Shown in pieces: positions 60,663-64,000 of a stretch of 64,000 nt of DNA. Position 1 is the stretch's first letter; every line of letters starts with the position of its first letter. A program made the position numbers and the translations under genes. Below the pieces are notes generated by a model. That model ran no database searches. It worked only from the letters and a program-made list of their open reading frames with translations, and was not told the DNA's origin. Source of the stretch: a virus (taxonomy: Duplodnaviria; Heunggongvirae; Uroviricota; Caudoviricetes); IMG/VR virus record IMGVR_UViG_3300003324_000363, positions 17,571 through 81,570 of that record. The stretch is one strand, 5' to 3'.

Positions 60663-61511
60663 CTAGCCATTTGGCTCTGCTTCGTACTCATCGTCTACTT
60701 GGTCTGGAGTTATGGGATTCTGCTTTGATGTTGGCTCAACACGTATTACGTCATCTTGCATTGAAGTTGGTGCCTGTATCTCAATAGGCACGCCAATATC
60801 GTATTTATGTACAAACGCTTTCACAACTCCTGTTAATTTATTGTATATATGTGTGAACGACTGGGATGTAACATCTGACAGATTGTTGTAGATATGTGTA
60901 AAGCTTGCATTGCTAGATATTGTGGTTAGGCTATCATAGATGTGGGTAAAGCTAGGCAATATTTGGGCAAGCATATTGTATTTGTGTGTATATGATTGTG
61001 AAACTTCTGTAAGTTTATCATATCTGTGTGTATAGCTTGCTGCTACAACATTGGCTATCTTATCATAAATGTGAGTAAATGTTACAGGAATGTACAATAA
61101 AGCTTTGTAGATATGCGTGAAGGATTGTATTACTAGAGAAAACAAATGATACTTTTGAGTAAACGACTGTGTTATCAGTGCAAGAAAATTATACTTGTGG
61201 GTGTATGAAGCATTTGAAGCAATTGTAACAAGAGCATGATAGAAATGCGTGTATGATGGCACAACTTGAGTGAGAAGTTTAGCAATATGAGTATAACTTG
61301 GGTTTACATAACTGAGAGCATGGTATTTGTGGGTGTAGGCAGCTGGTGTAATTGGTGATTTATAATATTTGTACCATGCATCTAGTTTTGTTGCATGTGG
61401 ATTGTGAACTGCAACATGCTCCATGCCATGAACTGCATTAGCATGATATGCAGCAGTTTCATTTAGGAATGCTGAATTGTTTACTGCTGCTATATAATCA
61501 GTAACAGACAA
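60663..61511 (-). CDS. Tandem-repeat structural protein with about 13 copies of a 14-aa unit (S-[YF]-T-H-[KI]-Y-x-x-L-x-x-[IV]-x-x)
   Basis: Repeats SYTHKYNFLALITQ, SFTQKYHLFSLVIQ, SFTHIYKALLYIPV and so on, read in the translation. This implies a 42-nt tandem repeat at the DNA level. Confidence 0.55.
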   Translation of the reverse strand: MSVTDYIAAVNNSAFLNETAAYHANAVHGMEHVAVHNPHATKLDAWYKYYKSPITPAAYTHKYHALSYVNPSYTHIAKLLTQVVPSYTHFYHALVTIASNASYTHKYNFLALITQSFTQKYHLFSLVIQSFTHIYKALLYIPVTFTHIYDKIANVVAASYTHRYDKLTEVSQSYTHKYNMLAQILPSFTHIYDSLTTISSNASFTHIYNNLSDVTSQSFTHIYNKLTGVVKAFVHKYDIGVPIEIQAPTSMQDDVIRVEPTSKQNPITPDQVDDEYEAEPNG

Positions 61512-61527
61512 TTCAGTTTACCTGCTT

Positions 61528-61992
61528 CTATTCCCGCCACTCCAGCCTACAGTTGACAACCTTTGAAGCTTGGTCACAGATTATATTAAGTCCAATAATC
61601 TGTGCAGTGTTTGACACAATCATGTCTTGGTCATCACGAGCCACCCAATCAAATCCAGCTCTACCGTTAAAGTTAGGACTCATTACCAAGTCAACTGCTG
61701 TGCCAGCTGCAAAAGCAGATGTACCGTTTTTAACCTGTGTAGTTGAAGCTGCTGTTGCTGACATAAGTGGGTCTTTCTTTACAATCGTGCCTGCAACAGA
61801 GCCTGTTCCTTGGGCAGACTTTCTGATTATCTTGATGTTGTATCTGCTATCATCAGAAGCTGTGTTTACAGTGACTGATATTCTAACAATTTTTACAATG
61901 CGCCCAGATGCTGGAGTAATATCAATAAAAGAGTCCTCCGTTCCTCCACTACTATTTGTTGTAGCAGAAACTAATGTAACATATTGCCCCAT
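61528..61992 (-). CDS. Structural protein, 154 aa
   Basis: ORF in the structural operon. Confidence 0.45.
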   Translation of the reverse strand: MGQYVTLVSATTNSSGGTEDSFIDITPASGRIVKIVRISVTVNTASDDSRYNIKIIRKSAQGTGSVAGTIVKKDPLMSATAASTTQVKNGTSAFAAGTAVDLVMSPNFNGRAGFDWVARDDQDMIVSNTAQIIGLNIICDQASKVVNCRLEWRE

Positions 61993-62002
61993 TCTATATC
62001 AC

Positions 62003-62509
62003 TCACTGGTTTGTGTCACAGCTGACTTTCAAGATGTATGTGTCATTATCTTGTGCTGTGCCGCCTGCTGTCACAATTCTTTTTATCCATACTGCTTTGT
62101 GTTGCCCAAATGGTAAATCACCAATTGAAAGTTCTGTTCCTACACCCGGCTGTGAAAATGTTACTCCAGTTGGTGCAGTACTTTCATTTGCAACAGTCTG
62201 CTCTGTTCCGTTAACTGCTGAAGTACCAAGTCCAAGATAAATTGCTGTATAACTTGAAGTTGTATCTGTATCTATCCAAATCTTTGAAGAATATGCAGTT
62301 AAACTACCGTGACCATTATGAATATAAACACATCTGTATTCAGTATCGCCTGCTGTAGATTCTGCACCACTTACATTGTCCCATAAATTATTCAAAGTGT
62401 TGTCAGTAACAGCCGTTGTGGATTTTGCTCCACCTAGTGAAGCATTTGGGTCTGTGTTGCCAGAACCACCACTCAATCTCATTACAATATCAGAAGCTAC
62501 AATCGCCAC
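62003..62509 (-). CDS. Structural protein, 168 aa
   Basis: ORF in the structural operon. Gly/Ser/Thr-rich. Confidence 0.45.
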   Translation of the reverse strand: MAIVASDIVMRLSGGSGNTDPNASLGGAKSTTAVTDNTLNNLWDNVSGAESTAGDTEYRCVYIHNGHGSLTAYSSKIWIDTDTTSSYTAIYLGLGTSAVNGTEQTVANESTAPTGVTFSQPGVGTELSIGDLPFGQHKAVWIKRIVTAGGTAQDNDTYILKVSCDTNQ

Positions 62510-62547
62510 AGCTAGTCAAAGCTTCAGTTTTTAAGCAAAAGAACTAA

Positions 62548-63273
62548 CTATACTGTGACTTTTATTGTGTATGTGCATGTTGCAGAGTTGCCGTTGGTTA
62601 TGGTTTGAGTAACCAAATCTCTTGCAATCATCCATGTTGAAGCTGCCGAGTTTGAAGCAGCTGTAGTATTTGCATACAGCCCAACTTCATTGACCGTTAT
62701 TGAGCCTCCAGAACTGTTTGTAAACTGTCTTGAAATCAGCATTGTTGTGTCTTGCCCAGAGGTCGTCATTTTCTGATTAGTCATGTTGCCATACTGCAAC
62801 GTCCCACTGGTTACTCCAGATTGAATCAGTGTGCCTAATGCACTCTGGGTTGGACTGGTATTTACACCAGAACCTGTCCCAACAACCAAACCTGCTGGAG
62901 CAGCCAACGTTCCCGGGTTTCCATGATTAATATAAAAGTTAGCACCAGCTGCTAAAGCTGTGGCTGTTCCTGAGATAACCTTTGTTGGAACTGTATCACC
63001 TGTAGCAGTGGCGTTATTTGCAGAGTTAACATAAAAGAACCCAATCATGTTTGAGACAAAGCTTCTAGAAGGCTGTGTTTTTTCAGCCATCACTATTGGG
63101 CATTTATACGCAGTGCCAAGATGGGTTGTCCATGTAACATAAGCTTCAAGTGGATGCCCATCAAGCTTATTTTTTAGTCTTGAAATTACATCTTCGTCAA
63201 TTCCATTACGTCTTAACGTTTCATATACTGCCTCTCTTTCATTATCAGACAGAGAGCCAAAGGTTGCAGACAT
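62548..63273 (-). CDS. Structural protein, 241 aa, Thr/Ser/Gly-rich
   Basis: ORF in the structural operon. Confidence 0.45.
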   Translation of the reverse strand: MSATFGSLSDNEREAVYETLRRNGIDEDVISRLKNKLDGHPLEAYVTWTTHLGTAYKCPIVMAEKTQPSRSFVSNMIGFFYVNSANNATATGDTVPTKVISGTATALAAGANFYINHGNPGTLAAPAGLVVGTGSGVNTSPTQSALGTLIQSGVTSGTLQYGNMTNQKMTTSGQDTTMLISRQFTNSSGGSITVNEVGLYANTTAASNSAASTWMIARDLVTQTITNGNSATCTYTIKVTV

Positions 63274-63310
63274 TCAAAAACATGAGCCTTCTACAATAGT
63301 AAAATGAAGT

Positions 63311-63631
63311 TTATGGTGTTGACCAAGCTGCCGTTGCCACAATGCTGGCGGCAGAAGGATTCATTTCCGTTGTTTCAATCACTGTTGTAGCAATCAGTGC
63401 AGCTGCCGATGGGTTCATCTCTGTGGTTTCTATAACAGCCGTAGCAACCATGGTACAAACAGGCTTTACTTCACAGCTTGTGCCACCTATAACATTCCAG
63501 TTAGCACCGTCAAATAACCATAGCTTCAACGTGTTTGTTTCGGCAAATACTGAATTTGTAGGAACATTTGTAGGCTTAGTGTCAGAAGAAACACCAGTCA
63601 AGAAATTAGAAGCTAAATATACAATTGTCAT
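63311..63631 (-). CDS. Small structural-module protein. Start adjusted to MTIVYLASN... with an ATGA overlap.
   Basis: Paralog of the upstream 50-aa ORF. Contains the internal duplication TAVIETTEMNPSAA / TTVIETTEMNPSAA. Confidence 0.4.
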   Translation of the reverse strand: MTIVYLASNFLTGVSSDTKPTNVPTNSVFAETNTLKLWLFDGANWNVIGGTSCEVKPVCTMVATAVIETTEMNPSAAALIATTVIETTEMNPSAASIVATAAWSTP

Positions 63632-63780
63632 GTTATTTGCAACACATTCCAAGAAGCTCCGTCAAACATCCATATACGAAGATTATCTGTTTCAATGAAC
63701 ATGAAATTAGTAGGCACAGAAGTTGGCTTAGTGTCACTACTTAATCCTGTTGCCCATAAAGCATAATATACAACGGTCAT
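63628..63780 (-). CDS. Small paralog, 50 aa (MTVVYYALWATGLSSDTKPTSVPTN...)
   Basis: Read from the sequence. Shares SSDTKPT.VPTN and W(M/L)FDGA(S/N)WNV with 63311..63631. Confidence 0.35.
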   Translation of the reverse strand: MTVVYYALWATGLSSDTKPTSVPTNFMFIETDNLRIWMFDGASWNVLQIT

Positions 63781-64000
63781 ACTATCTGAACCTCTGTAAA
63801 GCTTCCGTTTCTCTTCAGTAAAACAAAAAAGCCGTCATTATTTGCATCAATTTGTTTAACATAAAATCTGCCATCATTGGCTGCCGGATTGCCGGGTGCT
63901 GCTATTCTTGTTACATCAAAATAGTGTGCCCCAAATGTGTTGTCTTGTGCATTGTGAATTACCGTGCTGTCCCATGTTGGAGCTGCACTGATAGTCCCAT
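63778..64000 (-). CDS. Partial CDS (C-terminal part ...FYVKQIDANNDGFFVLLKRNGSFTEVQIV*). The N-terminus lies beyond the window end.
   Basis: Open to the window edge on the minus strand. ATGA overlap with the next gene. Confidence 0.35.

Noticed and set aside
1-64000. Prophage or integrated-element interpretation
   Set aside because: No integrase, attachment-site repeats, tRNA gene or host housekeeping genes are visible. Gene density and strand uniformity are consistent with a free viral genome segment.

Overview
This window looks like a segment of an AT-rich (~36-38% GC) tailed double-stranded DNA virus of an archaeon. No integrase or host flanks are visible, so it is probably not a prophage. 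Almost every gene is on the minus strand and the genes are tightly packed, with many ATGA or TAATG stop/start overlaps.

Read from high to low coordinates on the minus strand, the layout is:
- 64000 to ~47600: a structural and tail module. It holds capsid- or neck-associated proteins, an HK97 gp10-like connector, a major tail protein, a tail chaperone with a -1 frameshift extension, a tape-measure protein, a baseplate protein and an array of paralogous fiber proteins.
- ~46000 to 45500: a ~490-bp AT-rich non-coding region with microsatellites and GC-rich nested inverted repeats. It may be an origin of replication or a non-coding RNA.
- 44766 to 39772: an archaeo-eukaryotic replication module (MCM helicase, primase large subunit PriL, family-B DNA polymerase).
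- 38600 to 33150: a DNA-modification island with a ParB-like nuclease domain, a 2OG-Fe(II) dioxygenase, a GT-A glycosyltransferase, a DUF559 nuclease, an amino-methyltransferase and an Hjc-type resolvase.
- Other accessory genes further down: an SPFH/NfeD pair, RadA recombinase, NadV (NAMPT) with a SLOG/DprA-like protein, a tandem array of five paralogous Cys-rich proteins, a TFB-like cyclin-fold protein and a metallophosphoesterase.
- Dozens of very small zinc-ribbon ORFs, many shorter than the 60-aa cutoff of the ORF track.
- 1802 to 1: a putative small terminase and the large terminase, which runs off the window edge.

A 19-nt AT-rich motif (TATATAAATATATTTAACT) recurs about 25-30 nt upstream of many start codons. 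It fits an archaeal BRE/TATA promoter driving leaderless mRNAs.

Several ORF-track 'M' starts are actually TTG or GTG codons. I adjusted some starts where an in-frame ATG and ATGA overlaps made a better model.

All functional calls rest on motifs I could read in the translations. None has been checked against a database.
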